NCBI RefSeq assembly: GCF_030013205.1
Contig: NZ_CP122648.1
Source: Escherichia coli
GTDB taxonomy: Bacteria; Pseudomonadota; Gammaproteobacteria; Enterobacterales; Enterobacteriaceae
Direction: 5' to 3' (one strand)
Length of the DNA: 64,000 bases
The translations under genes were made by a program, and so were the position numbers. Position 1 is the first letter of the stretch, and each line of letters begins with the position of its first letter. A model generated the notes under the pieces. The model saw nothing but the letters and a program-made list of their open reading frames with translations. It made no database searches and was not told the DNA's origin. Below, piece after piece: positions 10,817 to 22,067 of this stretch.

Positions 10817-10961
10817 TACAAGTCTCAGAAATTTGTTGCTTCTACGGCAGGACTACCGGGAAGTGATGCGCATCACGATAAACCAATCGCAGCTGATTTC
10901 AAGTGCGAGGTGTGTCACACCTCGCCGGGTGGTTAGCATGATAACAAAAAAACAAGCTAAT

Positions 10962-10979
10962 GCACTAGTTCTCTAGTAC
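10962..10979. promoter_or_regulatory. TrpR operator-like palindrome in aroH upstream region
   Basis: GCACTAGTTCTCTAGTAC, near-perfect inverted repeat of TrpR-box type upstream of aroH. Confidence 0.5.
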
Positions 10980-11806
10980 ATTCGACGGCTAAGGCCCATG
11001 ATATCGAGGATCTTGGTGGCAATCTCTTCTACCGAATAATTGGTACTGTTAATCCACGGGATCTGATTTTTACGGTACAAGGCTTCTACTTCCGCGACTT
11101 CCATCCTGCACTGACGAAGCGAGGCATAGCGACTGTTCTCCCGACGTTCTTCGCGAATCGCCGCCAGACGTTCCGGGTCGATAGTCAGGCCGAACAATTT
11201 ATGCTGAAGCGGTTTGAGCGACGCGGGTAGCACAAGATTATCCATATCGTCGGCAATAAAGGGGTAGTTTGCCGCGCGGATACCAAATTGCATTGCCAGA
11301 TACAGACTGGTGGGGGTTTTACCACAGCGAGAAACGCCGAGCAGGATCACCTGAGCCTGGTCCAGATTGCGTAACGAAATGCCATCATCGTGGGCGAGGG
11401 TGTAATCAATCGCAGCAATGCGCGCATCATATTTATTGAGATTATTAGGGTTAAGGCCATGGGTACGATGAGCAATCGGCGTTGGATCCAGTTTCATCTC
11501 TTGTTGTAGCGGGGCAACCAGCGCCTGAACGATATCCTGGCAAAAGCCTTCACTTTGCAAGATGATGGCGCGAATCTCCGGCAACACGATGGAGTAGAAG
11601 ACCAGCGGGCGCACACCTGTCTGGTGATAAATTGCGTCAATCTGATCCTTCACTGCCCGTGCACGGCTCTCATTTTCGACAAACGGCAGCGTAATGCTGC
11701 TGATAGTGACGGGAAATTGTGACATTACTGCGTGTCCTAATACCTCCGCAGTTATTGCCGTACCATCAGAAATATAAAAAACGTGGCGATCAACAGCATT
11801 ATCCAT
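10973..11806 (-). CDS. ppsR: PEP synthetase regulatory protein (bifunctional kinase/phosphotransferase)
   Basis: 277-aa ORF matching K-12 PpsR/YdiA; divergent from ppsA. Confidence 0.93.
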
Positions 11807-12138
11807 TTTGTTCTTCCCGTGATGCAGACATAATTCTATGAAAGCATAAATTAAAAACGCACAGAAGCGTAGAACGTTATGTCTGGTTTATAAAATGAAC
11901 CTTCAATTTTATTTTTTATGAAAACAGTATTTCATTTTTACGGTTTCGTTTATACCGATGGTTTATGTGGAAATTGTCGAAGAGAGCAGATTTGCGCAAC
12001 GCTGGGATCAGTCTTAAAAAGTAAAAAAATATATTTGCTTGAACGATTCACCGTTTTTTTCATCCGGTTAAATATGCAAAGATAAATGCGCAGAAATGTG
12101 TTTCTCAAACCGTTCATTTATCACAAAAGGATTGTTCG

Positions 12139-14517
12139 ATGTCCAACAATGGCTCGTCACCGCTGGTGCTTTGGTATAACCAACTCGGCATGAATGATGT
12201 AGACAGGGTTGGGGGCAAAAATGCCTCCCTGGGTGAAATGATTACTAACCTTTCCGGAATGGGTGTTTCCGTTCCGAATGGTTTCGCCACAACCGCCGAC
12301 GCGTTTAACCAGTTTCTGGACCAAAGCGGCGTAAACCAGCGCATTTATGAACTGCTGGATAAAACGGATATTGACGATGTTACCCAGCTTGCGAAAGCGG
12401 GCGCGCAAATCCGCCAGTGGATTATCGACACTCCCTTCCAGCCTGAGCTGGAAAACGCCATCCGCGAAGCCTATGCACAGCTTTCCGCCGATGACGAAAA
12501 CGCCTCGTTTGCGGTGCGTTCCTCCGCTACTGCAGAAGATATGCCGGACGCTTCTTTTGCCGGTCAGCAGGAAACTTTCCTCAACGTTCAGGGTTTTGAC
12601 GCCGTTCTCGTGGCAGTGAAACATGTATTTGCTTCTCTGTTTAACGATCGCGCCATCTCTTATCGTATGCACCAGGGTTACGATCACCGTGGCGTGGCGC
12701 TCTCCGCCGGTGTTCAGCGGATGGTGCGCTCCGACCTCGCATCTTCTGGCGTGATGTTCTCCATTGATACCGAATCCGGCTTTGACCAGGTGGTGTTTAT
12801 CACTTCCGCATGGGGCCTTGGTGAAATGGTCGTGCAGGGCGCGGTTAACCCGGATGAGTTTTACGTGCATAAACCGACACTGGCGGCGAATCGCCCGGCT
12901 ATCGTGCGCCGCACCATGGGGTCGAAAAAAATCCGCATGGTTTACGCGCCGACCCAGGAGCACGGCAAGCAGGTTAAAATCGAAGACGTACCGCAGGAAC
13001 AGCGTGACATCTTCTCGCTGACCAACGAAGAAGTGCAGGAACTGGCAAAACAGGCCGTACAAATTGAGAAACACTACGGTCGCCCAATGGATATTGAGTG
13101 GGCGAAAGATGGCCACACCGGCAAACTGTTCATTGTGCAGGCGCGTCCGGAAACCGTGCGCTCACGCGGTCAGGTCATGGAGCGTTATACGCTGCATTCA
13201 CAGGGTAAGATTATCGCCGAAGGCCGTGCTATCGGTCATCGCATCGGCGCGGGTCCGGTGAAAGTCATCCATGACATCAGCGAAATGAACCGCATCGAAC
13301 CTGGCGACGTGCTGGTTACTGACATGACCGACCCGGACTGGGAACCGATCATGAAGAAAGCATCTGCCATCGTCACCAACCGTGGGGGGCGTACCTGTCA
13401 CGCGGCGATCATCGCTCGTGAACTCGGCATTCCGGCGGTAGTGGGCTGTGGTGATGCAACAGAACGGATGAAAGACGGTGAGAACGTCACTGTTTCTTGT
13501 GCCGAAGGTGATACCGGTTATGTCTATGCGGAGTTGCTGGAATTTAGCGTGAAAAGCTCCAGCGTAGAAACGATGCCGGATCTGCCGTTGAAAGTAATGA
13601 TGAACGTCGGTAACCCGGACCGTGCTTTCGACTTCGCCTGCCTGCCGAACGAAGGCGTGGGCCTTGCACGTCTGGAATTTATCATCAACCGTATGATTGG
13701 CGTCCACCCACGCGCACTGCTTGAGTTTGACGATCAGGAACCGCAGTTGCAAAACGAAATCCGCGAGATGATGAAAGGTTTTGATTCTCCGCGTGAATTT
13801 TACGTTGGTCGTCTGACTGAAGGGATCGCGACGCTGGGTGCCGCGTTTTATCCGAAGCGCGTCATTGTCCGTCTCTCTGATTTTAAATCGAACGAATATG
13901 CCAACCTGGTCGGTGGTGAGCGTTACGAGCCAGATGAAGAGAACCCGATGCTCGGCTTCCGTGGCGCGGGCCGCTATGTTTCCGACAGCTTCCGCGACTG
14001 CTTCGCGCTGGAGTGTGAAGCAGTGAAACGTGTGCGCAACGATATGGGGCTGACCAACGTTGAGATCATGATCCCGTTCGTGCGTACCGTAGATCAGGCG
14101 AAAGCGGTGGTTGACGAATTGGCGCGTCAGGGGCTGAAACGTGGTGAGAACGGGCTGAAAATCATCATGATGTGTGAAATTCCGTCCAACGCCTTGCTGG
14201 CAGAGCAGTTCCTCGAATATTTCGACGGCTTCTCAATTGGCTCAAACGACATGACACAGCTGGCGCTCGGTCTGGACCGTGACTCTGGCGTGGTGTCTGA
14301 ACTGTTCGATGAGCGCAACGATGCGGTGAAAGCACTGCTGTCGATGGCGATTCGTGCCGCGAAGAAACAGGGCAAATATGTCGGGATTTGCGGTCAGGGT
14401 CCATCCGACCACGAAGACTTTGCTGCATGGTTGATGGAAGAGGGGATCGATAGCCTGTCTCTGAACCCGGACACCGTGGTGCAAACCTGGTTAAGCCTAG
14501 CTGAACTGAAGAAATAA
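12139..14517 (+). CDS. ppsA: Phosphoenolpyruvate synthase
   Basis: 792-aa ORF matching K-12 PpsA. Confidence 0.97.
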   Translation: MSNNGSSPLVLWYNQLGMNDVDRVGGKNASLGEMITNLSGMGVSVPNGFATTADAFNQFLDQSGVNQRIYELLDKTDIDDVTQLAKAGAQIRQWIIDTPFQPELENAIREAYAQLSADDENASFAVRSSATAEDMPDASFAGQQETFLNVQGFDAVLVAVKHVFASLFNDRAISYRMHQGYDHRGVALSAGVQRMVRSDLASSGVMFSIDTESGFDQVVFITSAWGLGEMVVQGAVNPDEFYVHKPTLAANRPAIVRRTMGSKKIRMVYAPTQEHGKQVKIEDVPQEQRDIFSLTNEEVQELAKQAVQIEKHYGRPMDIEWAKDGHTGKLFIVQARPETVRSRGQVMERYTLHSQGKIIAEGRAIGHRIGAGPVKVIHDISEMNRIEPGDVLVTDMTDPDWEPIMKKASAIVTNRGGRTCHAAIIARELGIPAVVGCGDATERMKDGENVTVSCAEGDTGYVYAELLEFSVKSSSVETMPDLPLKVMMNVGNPDRAFDFACLPNEGVGLARLEFIINRMIGVHPRALLEFDDQEPQLQNEIREMMKGFDSPREFYVGRLTEGIATLGAAFYPKRVIVRLSDFKSNEYANLVGGERYEPDEENPMLGFRGAGRYVSDSFRDCFALECEAVKRVRNDMGLTNVEIMIPFVRTVDQAKAVVDELARQGLKRGENGLKIIMMCEIPSNALLAEQFLEYFDGFSIGSNDMTQLALGLDRDSGVVSELFDERNDAVKALLSMAIRAAKKQGKYVGICGQGPSDHEDFAAWLMEEGIDSLSLNPDTVVQTWLSLAELKK

Positions 14518-14525
14518 AATAAATA

Positions 14526-14548
14526 CCCGGCGGCGTTTTGTCGCCGGG
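14526..14548. terminator. Hairpin between convergent ppsA and fadK (possible bidirectional terminator)
   Basis: CCCGGCG-GCGTTTTGT-CGCCGGG followed by TTTAT. Confidence 0.5.
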
Positions 14549-14573
14549 TTTATGTGATCCCCGAAGATGAAAC

Positions 14574-16274
14574 TTATTCAATCTCTTCACAGACATCCTG
14601 AGTTAATCGCAGCATAATATCTTTCCTTAACAAAAACTTTTGTATTTTACCTGAGGCAGTGCGAGGTAGTTTTTCGATTACCACGATATGTTCAGGATAT
14701 TTATATTTCGCGACCCGTTTACGGCTAAAAAAAGTCACCACGTCTTCCAGCGATAATGAATGATGCGGGGCTTTCAGCACGACATAAGCGCATGAGCGTT
14801 CACCTAAACGTTCATCGGGCATCGCAACCACACAGGCATCGTGAATTTTAGGATGCTGCAATAAAATATCTTCTACTTCACGGCTGCTAATATTTTCGCC
14901 ACCGCGGACAATAATATCTTTCTTGCGCCCGGTTATTTTTATATAGCCAGCTTCATCCATGCGGCAGAGATCGCCGCTGTAATACCAGCCTTCTTCATCC
15001 AGCGCACGGGCGGTTAATTCAGGTTCATCAAAATACCCCATAAACACATTGGGGCCACGCGAGGCTTCTTCACCTTCGCAACCTGGCGGTAAGGTCTTGC
15101 GTGCGTCATCGACCACTTTAATCTCAACACCTGCGGCAGCGTAACCATCGGTGTGCATAAAGCGCGACAAAGGATCGTCGAGATTCACCACTGCGTGCGG
15201 CGAACTTTCTGTGGAACCATAAACACTTAATAATTTAATGCCGCGCTGCTGGCATTCACGCGCCACTTTTTTGGGGATTGTGGTCCCGCCGCAAAGAAAG
15301 AAGCGCAGCGCTGAAAGGTCAGCGGGTTGTTTCTCCAGTAAATTCAAAAGATCATAGACAAACGGCGTTGCGCCGAGCATACAGGTGCAACGCTGCTGCT
15401 CAAGCAACGCGAGACACGCATCAGGAGTGAAAATATCTAACAACACGCTGCGAGCGCCAATTAAGAATGGTGCCGTTACGCCATGCAGAAAGCCCGTTGC
15501 ATGACCAAGTGGCGCAGGCATCATAAAGACATCCTGCCAGGTCAGATTCAACCGCGCGCAATAAGCCCGCTCACTGGCGAGAATATTGTTATGCGTTAGC
15601 ATCACGCCCTTTGGCAGACCCTCGGTTCCGGAGGTAAACAGCACCGCGGCTAATTCATCGCCGTGGACCGTTATCGCCGTGGTCAGAGGAGTATTGTCGG
15701 CGATAATCTGACTTAATGAGAGGGAAGAGGTGGCGGGAGCCAGTTTGTCCACGCCGACAATTTGTTGTAGTTGTAGAAGCTGATTTTGCAGCGGCAGGAT
15801 TAAATCTACCGGACGCGTTTGTTTAAACAACGTCGGTGCAAAGAACATTTTTGCCTGACACTTATTGAGTACCCATACCAGTTCTGCTTCCCGCCAGGAA
15901 GGCAACAGCGGTACGGAAACCGCACCGATTTTCAGGCAGGCAAGATAGATAACGGTAAATTCACACCAGCCAGGCAGTTGAAATGCGATGCGATCGCCTG
16001 ATTCAATACCCTTCGTCAACATCCAGTTTGCCAGACAGCTCGCGGCGTGATCGAGCGCGCTATAGGTGTACGATGCTCCATGATTATCGACCACGGCAAT
16101 TTTGTCTGGCATCGCACGAGCGGTCTGCTGCCAGTAATCGGCCAGCGAAGCATCGCCCCATAGCCCTTGCTGACGATACGCCGCACGACGTTGTTCGTTA
16201 AACGTTAATGTCACTTTCATTTTGAACTCTCGAGACAGAACATCAGGCCCGAGATGCGGGCCTGTGGGATGCAT
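14574..16274 (-). CDS. fadK: Short-chain acyl-CoA synthetase (anaerobic)
   Basis: 566-aa ORF, AMP-binding family; alternative start at 16220 (MKVTLTF) would give 548 aa. Confidence 0.9.
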   Translation of the reverse strand: MHPTGPHLGPDVLSREFKMKVTLTFNEQRRAAYRQQGLWGDASLADYWQQTARAMPDKIAVVDNHGASYTYSALDHAASCLANWMLTKGIESGDRIAFQLPGWCEFTVIYLACLKIGAVSVPLLPSWREAELVWVLNKCQAKMFFAPTLFKQTRPVDLILPLQNQLLQLQQIVGVDKLAPATSSLSLSQIIADNTPLTTAITVHGDELAAVLFTSGTEGLPKGVMLTHNNILASERAYCARLNLTWQDVFMMPAPLGHATGFLHGVTAPFLIGARSVLLDIFTPDACLALLEQQRCTCMLGATPFVYDLLNLLEKQPADLSALRFFLCGGTTIPKKVARECQQRGIKLLSVYGSTESSPHAVVNLDDPLSRFMHTDGYAAAGVEIKVVDDARKTLPPGCEGEEASRGPNVFMGYFDEPELTARALDEEGWYYSGDLCRMDEAGYIKITGRKKDIIVRGGENISSREVEDILLQHPKIHDACVVAMPDERLGERSCAYVVLKAPHHSLSLEDVVTFFSRKRVAKYKYPEHIVVIEKLPRTASGKIQKFLLRKDIMLRLTQDVCEEIE

Positions 16275-16276
16275 GA

Positions 16277-16570
16277 TTAGCCGTAGCGAAAATCAATACC
16301 GAAGGTGCCTGCGGGATATTGCCACTGTTCGAGAATAGTGTTGCCGCACAGCACCCGACAGGTGCCGCATTCCAGACAACCGGCGGGATCGAAATGAATG
16401 TTTCCTGCGTCATCCTGCTTATAAAGTCCGGCAGGGCAGGCTTTCATTAATTTACGGAATTCATTGATATCGGGATTTGCCGCCAAAATGATATGCGGGT
16501 GGCCCTCATCAACATGGAATTTATTGACGCCTAATTTGATGTCGACGTTAACCGTAGCGTTCTGGCTCAT
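16277..16570 (-). CDS. ydiT: Ferredoxin-like protein (FixX-like)
   Basis: 97-aa ORF with Cys cluster; overlaps ydiS stop. Confidence 0.9.
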   Translation of the reverse strand: MSQNATVNVDIKLGVNKFHVDEGHPHIILAANPDINEFRKLMKACPAGLYKQDDAGNIHFDPAGCLECGTCRVLCGNTILEQWQYPAGTFGIDFRYG

Positions 16571-17856
16571 AGCGCGGTTGCTCCCTTAATGCCATCTTTC
16601 AGCAAGTTGATCAGCCCAATTTTCTTCGCGTGTCCCATGATCATTTTGCGTACCGGCTGGTTTGGTTTGCCGTCAATGGTGAACATCTCGTTCATGATGT
16701 CGGCTACCATTCGTGGATATTGGCTAAACAGGCGCGGGTTTTCCATGAGCGCCGGGATCTTGCGAAAATGCTGCATATCACGCATGACGCAGCTTTGTTC
16801 CAGCTCACGTTTGTATTGCGCAAGACTGCTGGCGGAGAAATCCGCGCGTTCTTTGGCGGCGATCACCGTTGTGGCGGCAGCCTGAGCCGATGCAATGGCT
16901 AAATCCATGCCGCGAACTGTAAAACCCAAATTCAGGCAGAAGCCTGCGGCGTCACCAACGATCATCACGCCATCGTTAACCAGCTGCGGCACCATTGCCA
17001 GACCGCCTTCCGGCACCATATGCGCGGAATATTCAAGCAGTTTGCCGCCGCTAATCAGCGGGCGAATGGCGGGGTGTTGTTTAAAATCTTCCAGCATTTG
17101 CGGCACGCTTTTTTGCGCATGGGCGATATCACCCAATCCACAAACCAGCCCCAACGATATGGAATCCTTATTGGTATAGAGAAATCCGCCGCCCATCAGG
17201 CCGTCAGAAGGGGAACCGGCAAACAGCCAGGCGGCACCTTCCTCGCCCGTAATATTAAAGCGATCGTTGATCTGTTCTGGTGTGAGGCCAATAACCTCTT
17301 TAACACCAACAGCGTAATGATGCGGATCGGAAGCGGGAACCATTCCCAGCGAGCGGCCAAGCATCGAGTTAACGCCATCAGCCAGAATCACCACATTCGC
17401 TTCGAGAATATCATCCCCGGCCTGGACGCCAGTGACCTTGTTTCCTTCACGAACCAGCGCATCGACGCGAACGCCCGGGATAAACTGTGCGCCCGCCTGC
17501 TCGGCTTGTTCCATCAACCACGGGTCCAGACGATTACGCAATACGGTATAAGATGCGTGTTGCGGAACATCTGGTTGCTCGCGGTGAAAATCGAGGGTAA
17601 CGGCGCTCTCTTCGGTTAAGAAAGAGATTTTCTCGCGTGTGACCTTGCGTTCTACCGGCGCTGATGCTGCAAAGCCTGGAATAATCGCTTCAAGTGTGTG
17701 GGCATAAAGACGCCCGCCGGTCATGTTTTTACATCCGGCACTGTCGCCGCGTTCTATCACCAGGACATCCAGCCCGGCTCGCGCCATGACCTGTGCGGCA
17801 ACGCTACCGGCAACGCCCGCACCGACCACAATGGCATCAAATTTGTCATCCGACAT
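16567..17856 (-). CDS. ydiS: ETF-quinone oxidoreductase-like flavoprotein (FixC-like)
   Basis: 429-aa ORF with FAD-binding GxGxxG N-terminus. Confidence 0.92.
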   Translation of the reverse strand: MSDDKFDAIVVGAGVAGSVAAQVMARAGLDVLVIERGDSAGCKNMTGGRLYAHTLEAIIPGFAASAPVERKVTREKISFLTEESAVTLDFHREQPDVPQHASYTVLRNRLDPWLMEQAEQAGAQFIPGVRVDALVREGNKVTGVQAGDDILEANVVILADGVNSMLGRSLGMVPASDPHHYAVGVKEVIGLTPEQINDRFNITGEEGAAWLFAGSPSDGLMGGGFLYTNKDSISLGLVCGLGDIAHAQKSVPQMLEDFKQHPAIRPLISGGKLLEYSAHMVPEGGLAMVPQLVNDGVMIVGDAAGFCLNLGFTVRGMDLAIASAQAAATTVIAAKERADFSASSLAQYKRELEQSCVMRDMQHFRKIPALMENPRLFSQYPRMVADIMNEMFTIDGKPNQPVRKMIMGHAKKIGLINLLKDGIKGATAL

Positions 17857-17911
17857 GCGTTATGCTCCCTTCCCGCTGCGTTTACAGCGGGAGATGTGGT
17901 TGAAAGGGGAA

Positions 17912-18850
17912 TTAGCTGCTCAACTGGCTAATCAGGGCAGGGACGACTTTGTAGATATCGCCCACCAGACCGTAGTCGGCATAGTTGAAGATTGGCGCAT
18001 TTTTATCTTTATTGATGGCGACAATCACTTTTGCGCCGTTGCCGCCAACCATATGCTGGATCTGCCCGGAAATCCCCAGCGTCAGGTAGAGATCGGATTT
18101 CAGCAACACGCCGGAGACACCGATATAACGTTCACGCTCCATCCAGTTCTCGCCTTCGGCAATTGGACGTGAACAGCCGACTTCAGCATTCAGCACCGCC
18201 GCCAGTTCGTGGACCATTTTCAGGTCATCCTGCGCCGCCAGACCACGACCGACGCCAACCACACGTTTTGCTTTGCTCAGGTCCACGCTGCTTGCGGCTT
18301 TCGCACGGCGTTCGCGACAGAGAATTTCATGACGCGGAGCAACATAAGGTACCGTTTCTGTCGGGCACTGATGAGCGGTATCACTGGTGCACGGTTCCTG
18401 AACACCGGGTGCAAGGGTAATGATCGCCAGCGGGCTGTTGATCTTTTCCTGTGCGAACGCTAACCCGCCATACATCCGGTGTTCGGCGCAAATGTGACCA
18501 TCGACAATATCCACCGCAGTGGCATCGTTCACCAGCGCCGCATTCAGTTGCACACTTAACCGTGCTGCCAGAGCTTTACCACGTTTCGTCGCGGCCAGCA
18601 GCAACATAGAAGGGTGTTTATCTTTCAGCAGGGCAGCAATGCTTTCGGCGTAATTTTCAGTACGTTGCAGCGCATCATTTTGCTCAAGAACATAAATACA
18701 TTTTGGACCATAAGGCATAACTGCCTGCGCCTGGTCGGTATTTTGTACAATGGCATACACCTGTTGGCCCCATTGCTGCGCGCCGCCAAACAGTTCAGCA
18801 TAACGTTCAGGATTATCGCTAAAGACCCAGACGCTGTTTAATTGACTCAT
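17912..18850 (-). CDS. ydiR: Electron transfer flavoprotein alpha subunit (FixB-like)
   Basis: 312-aa ORF matching K-12 YdiR. Confidence 0.92.
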   Translation of the reverse strand: MSQLNSVWVFSDNPERYAELFGGAQQWGQQVYAIVQNTDQAQAVMPYGPKCIYVLEQNDALQRTENYAESIAALLKDKHPSMLLLAATKRGKALAARLSVQLNAALVNDATAVDIVDGHICAEHRMYGGLAFAQEKINSPLAIITLAPGVQEPCTSDTAHQCPTETVPYVAPRHEILCRERRAKAASSVDLSKAKRVVGVGRGLAAQDDLKMVHELAAVLNAEVGCSRPIAEGENWMERERYIGVSGVLLKSDLYLTLGISGQIQHMVGGNGAKVIVAINKDKNAPIFNYADYGLVGDIYKVVPALISQLSS

Positions 18851-18869
18851 CGTTTCTTCTCCGTAGGCT

Positions 18870-19634
18870 TCAGTTCAGGGCTTTCTTCAGATGTTCCGCC
18901 AGCTCGGCAATGGCCTCCGGCGAATCGTTATCGAGAATGATGTGCTTACGTTCTGTTTGCGGCGGTACGCGAATGCCGGTCAGTTCAGCAAGCGGCGCGC
19001 TCTGGCTCCAGCCAATGTCACTTGCCTGCCACTGATTTACCGGTTTTTTACCCGCGCCGAGAATGGCTTTCATCGAAGGAATGCGTGGCATGTTAATATC
19101 GGAGGTGACGCAGAGCACGGCTGGAACAGAGAGCTCAATAACTTCAACATCATCTTCAAGCGTGCGTTCAATCACCAGTGTATTGCCCTGACGCTGAATA
19201 GCACTCACTGCATTAATCACCGGAAGTTGCAGAATTTCTCCGACCAGCAAGCCAACCTGCTGGGCATAAAGGTCGCCGGAACCTTCACCAAAGATCAGTA
19301 AATCGAAGCCGATTTTTTCAACTGCTGCCGCCAGCGCCTTTGCGGTATCGAGAGGCAGTGCATGTTCAAGTTGCGCATCCTGCACCAAATACAGGCTATG
19401 CGGCCCGCGGGATAGCACGTCTTTACGCACTTTCGAGTTCTGCAACAATGAGCCGCCAATGGTCAGCGCGGCTATCTCATCGTCATCTGTTGCAATCTGG
19501 CTTGCAGCTTCAATGGCATTGAGATCGAACTGGCTGATTTTGGCGTCGGCATTGTCGAAATTCAGGGTATATTCTGGAGTGACAACAATGTCCTGTTCTT
19601 CAGGCACCAGCTTAAAGCAGGTTATTATTTTCAT
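18870..19634 (-). CDS. ydiQ: Electron transfer flavoprotein beta subunit (FixA-like)
   Basis: 254-aa protein from internal ATG (MKIITCF) of 287-aa ORF. Confidence 0.9.
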   Translation of the reverse strand: MKIITCFKLVPEEQDIVVTPEYTLNFDNADAKISQFDLNAIEAASQIATDDDEIAALTIGGSLLQNSKVRKDVLSRGPHSLYLVQDAQLEHALPLDTAKALAAAVEKIGFDLLIFGEGSGDLYAQQVGLLVGEILQLPVINAVSAIQRQGNTLVIERTLEDDVEVIELSVPAVLCVTSDINMPRIPSMKAILGAGKKPVNQWQASDIGWSQSAPLAELTGIRVPPQTERKHIILDNDSPEAIAELAEHLKKALN

Positions 19635-19948
19635 GATTTCTCCTGTGAGTCGCATACGGAACCATCTCCGATGGAAGGTAAAAATGGCCTGAAAATAGTG
19701 TGCGATAGCAGGGCGGGGGGTTCGACGGAGCAAGCTGTTTTCCTTGCCAACAATCTTGCAAAAAAATGCGATCGCTAAAACAAAAGTGCAATTTGCGGCA
19801 ATATAGTTATTCCATGACCGTACAATCTTGCATTCAGTGTAAATAATCTTGTTTAGCTCTCGCTAAACGCGGTTGTATAACCGCAATACACGCCGTATTT
19901 TATCCGGCATATATTGTTTTTGCTTGCTCATGGAATAGGGAGGTTGTC

Positions 19949-20860
19949 ATGTATCAACGCTGTTTTGATAACGCCAGCGAAACGCTGTTTGTTGCCGGTA
20001 AAACGCCACGGCTTTCACGTTTTGCATTTAGCGATGATCCAAAATGGGAGTCCGGACATCACGTTCATGACAATGAAACCGAGTTGATTTACGTCAAGAA
20101 AGGGGTAGCAAGGTTTACCATCGATTCTTCGTTATATGTCGCGCACGCCGATGACATTGTGGTGATAGAACGTGGCAGGCTGCATGCGGTGGCCTCTGAC
20201 GTTAACGATCCGGCAACGACGTGTACCTGTGCGCTGTACGGCTTTCAGTTTCAGGGGGCTGAGGAAAATCAGCTACTGCAACCGCATTCTTGCCCGGTAA
20301 TTGCCGCAGGGCAGGGAAAAGAAGTCATTAAAACCTTATTTAATGAGCTAAGTGTGATTTTGCCGCAAAGTAAAAATAGCCAAACATCTTCGTTATGGGA
20401 CGCCTTTGCCTATACGTTAGCAATTCTTTACTATGAAAACTTTAAAAATGCTTATCGTTCGGAGCAGGGATATATTAAAAAAGATGTTCTGATAAAAGAT
20501 ATTCTTTTCTATCTGAATAATAACTATCGCGAAAAAATCACTTTAGAGCAGTTATCGAAAAAGTTTCGTGCCAGCGTCAGTTATATTTGCCATGAATTTA
20601 CCAAAGAGTATCGTATTTCCCCTATTAACTATGTTATTCAACGGCGTATGACGGAAGCGAAATGGTCACTCACTAATACTGAATTATCACAGGCAGAGAT
20701 CTCCTGGCGTGTGGGTTATGAAAATGTCGATCACTTTGCCAAACTGTTTTTGCGCCATGTCGGCTGTTCGCCCAGCGATTACCGCAGGCAATTTAAAAAC
20801 TGTTTTGCGGAACAAGAAATCTTATCTGAATTTCCTCAACCGGTAAGTCTTGCCGGATAA
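19949..20860 (+). CDS. ydiP: AraC-family transcriptional regulator
   Basis: 303-aa ORF with C-terminal AraC-type HTH. Confidence 0.9.
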   Translation: MYQRCFDNASETLFVAGKTPRLSRFAFSDDPKWESGHHVHDNETELIYVKKGVARFTIDSSLYVAHADDIVVIERGRLHAVASDVNDPATTCTCALYGFQFQGAEENQLLQPHSCPVIAAGQGKEVIKTLFNELSVILPQSKNSQTSSLWDAFAYTLAILYYENFKNAYRSEQGYIKKDVLIKDILFYLNNNYREKITLEQLSKKFRASVSYICHEFTKEYRISPINYVIQRRMTEAKWSLTNTELSQAEISWRVGYENVDHFAKLFLRHVGCSPSDYRRQFKNCFAEQEILSEFPQPVSLAG

Positions 20861-20902
20861 ATCTGGCGGCGCAGTTTGTTAAGAAGCTGCGCCGCCTGCA
20901 GA

Positions 20903-22054
20903 TTATTTGTTCTGATAATCTTTCAGGATCTGCCGACCCGCTACGTAAATCATAATTTCGTCTGTACCGCCGCCGATACGTTCACAACGGACATCACGCC
21001 AGAAGCGAGAGACGCGCGCCTCATCGGTATAGCCCAGACCGCCCATGATTTGAATCGCATCATCAATAACTTCCATTGCGGTACGTGCGCAGTACAGTTT
21101 TGCCAGCGCCGCGCTGGTGCGCAGTGACTGATGCTGATCGGCTTGCCATGCCACTTTCAACACCATGTTGCGCATGTTGTCGATCTTAATCGCCATCAGC
21201 GCCAGTTTTTCCTGGATCATCTGGTTATGACCAATGGGCTTACCAAAAGCGATACGTTGGTTGGCATAGCGGGCGGCATCTTCAAAGGCACACTCGGCAA
21301 AGCCGGTGCTGCGCGCGGCGTTGATCAGGCGCTCCATCTCAAAGTTGTACATCACATTGAGGAAACCCATTCCTTCTTCGCCCACCATGTCGCTCTCTTC
21401 AACTTCCACGTTGTCGAGATAGACTTCGCAGGTGCTGAGCATATGCCAGCCGATTTTATGCAGCGGGTTAATCTTAATGCCGGGCTTACTGGAGTCGACC
21501 CACCACAGGGTGAAGGCTTTTTGGGGATCTTTCGGTTCTGGATCGCGCGCCAGCACCAGCATATACGGGTACTCTTTCGCGCCGGTAATAAAGGTTTTCT
21601 GGCCGTTGATGTAAACCTTGCCGTTTTTACGCGTGTAAGTGGTGGTGGCGCTGTTGTTATCTGAGCCTGCGCCTGGTTCCGTCAATGCCAGGGCATAGGC
21701 GGGATCACCCGTTTCCAGGGTGCTCTCTGCCGTTTTACGTAGCTGCTCTGCAGAACCGAAACGGCGCATACTGTGAATACATTGACCGTTGGTGATCAAA
21801 AATGCCGGGGCACCGCATTTTGACACTTCCATCAGCGCCAGCATTTGGGTGACGTAATCCGCAGGGATACCACCAAATTCTTCCGGCACGCCAAGCATGG
21901 AAATACCGTTATCCGCCAGTGCCCGCATAAATTCACGCGGGTATGTCCCGTTTTGATCGCAGGTGCGGAAATACTCTTCCGGAAAGTTAGTCGTAATCAG
22001 TTCGCGAATACTGGCCAGCAGCAGTTCTTGTTCTTCAGTTAAAGAAAAATCCAT
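20903..22054 (-). CDS. ydiO: Acyl-CoA dehydrogenase family protein
   Basis: 383-aa protein from internal ATG (MDFSLTEEQ) of 401-aa ORF. Confidence 0.9.
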   Translation of the reverse strand: MDFSLTEEQELLLASIRELITTNFPEEYFRTCDQNGTYPREFMRALADNGISMLGVPEEFGGIPADYVTQMLALMEVSKCGAPAFLITNGQCIHSMRRFGSAEQLRKTAESTLETGDPAYALALTEPGAGSDNNSATTTYTRKNGKVYINGQKTFITGAKEYPYMLVLARDPEPKDPQKAFTLWWVDSSKPGIKINPLHKIGWHMLSTCEVYLDNVEVEESDMVGEEGMGFLNVMYNFEMERLINAARSTGFAECAFEDAARYANQRIAFGKPIGHNQMIQEKLALMAIKIDNMRNMVLKVAWQADQHQSLRTSAALAKLYCARTAMEVIDDAIQIMGGLGYTDEARVSRFWRDVRCERIGGGTDEIMIYVAGRQILKDYQNK

Positions 22055-22067
22055 CGTGATACTCCTG

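Noticed and set aside
10903-10927. Palindrome GCGAGGTGTGTCACACCTCGC as a ppsR/aroH terminator
   Set aside because: Not followed by a T-tract on either strand; more likely a protein-binding or structural element, so not called as an intrinsic terminator.
12157-13116. 319-aa ORF on the minus strand inside ppsA
   Set aside because: Fully antisense to the well-supported ppsA coding sequence; typical spurious long ORF opposite a GC-rich gene.
17020-17619. 199-aa plus-strand ORF inside ydiS, and similar antisense ORFs across ydiR/ydiQ/ydiO
   Set aside because: Antisense to recognisable flavoprotein genes with operon coupling; no independent support.
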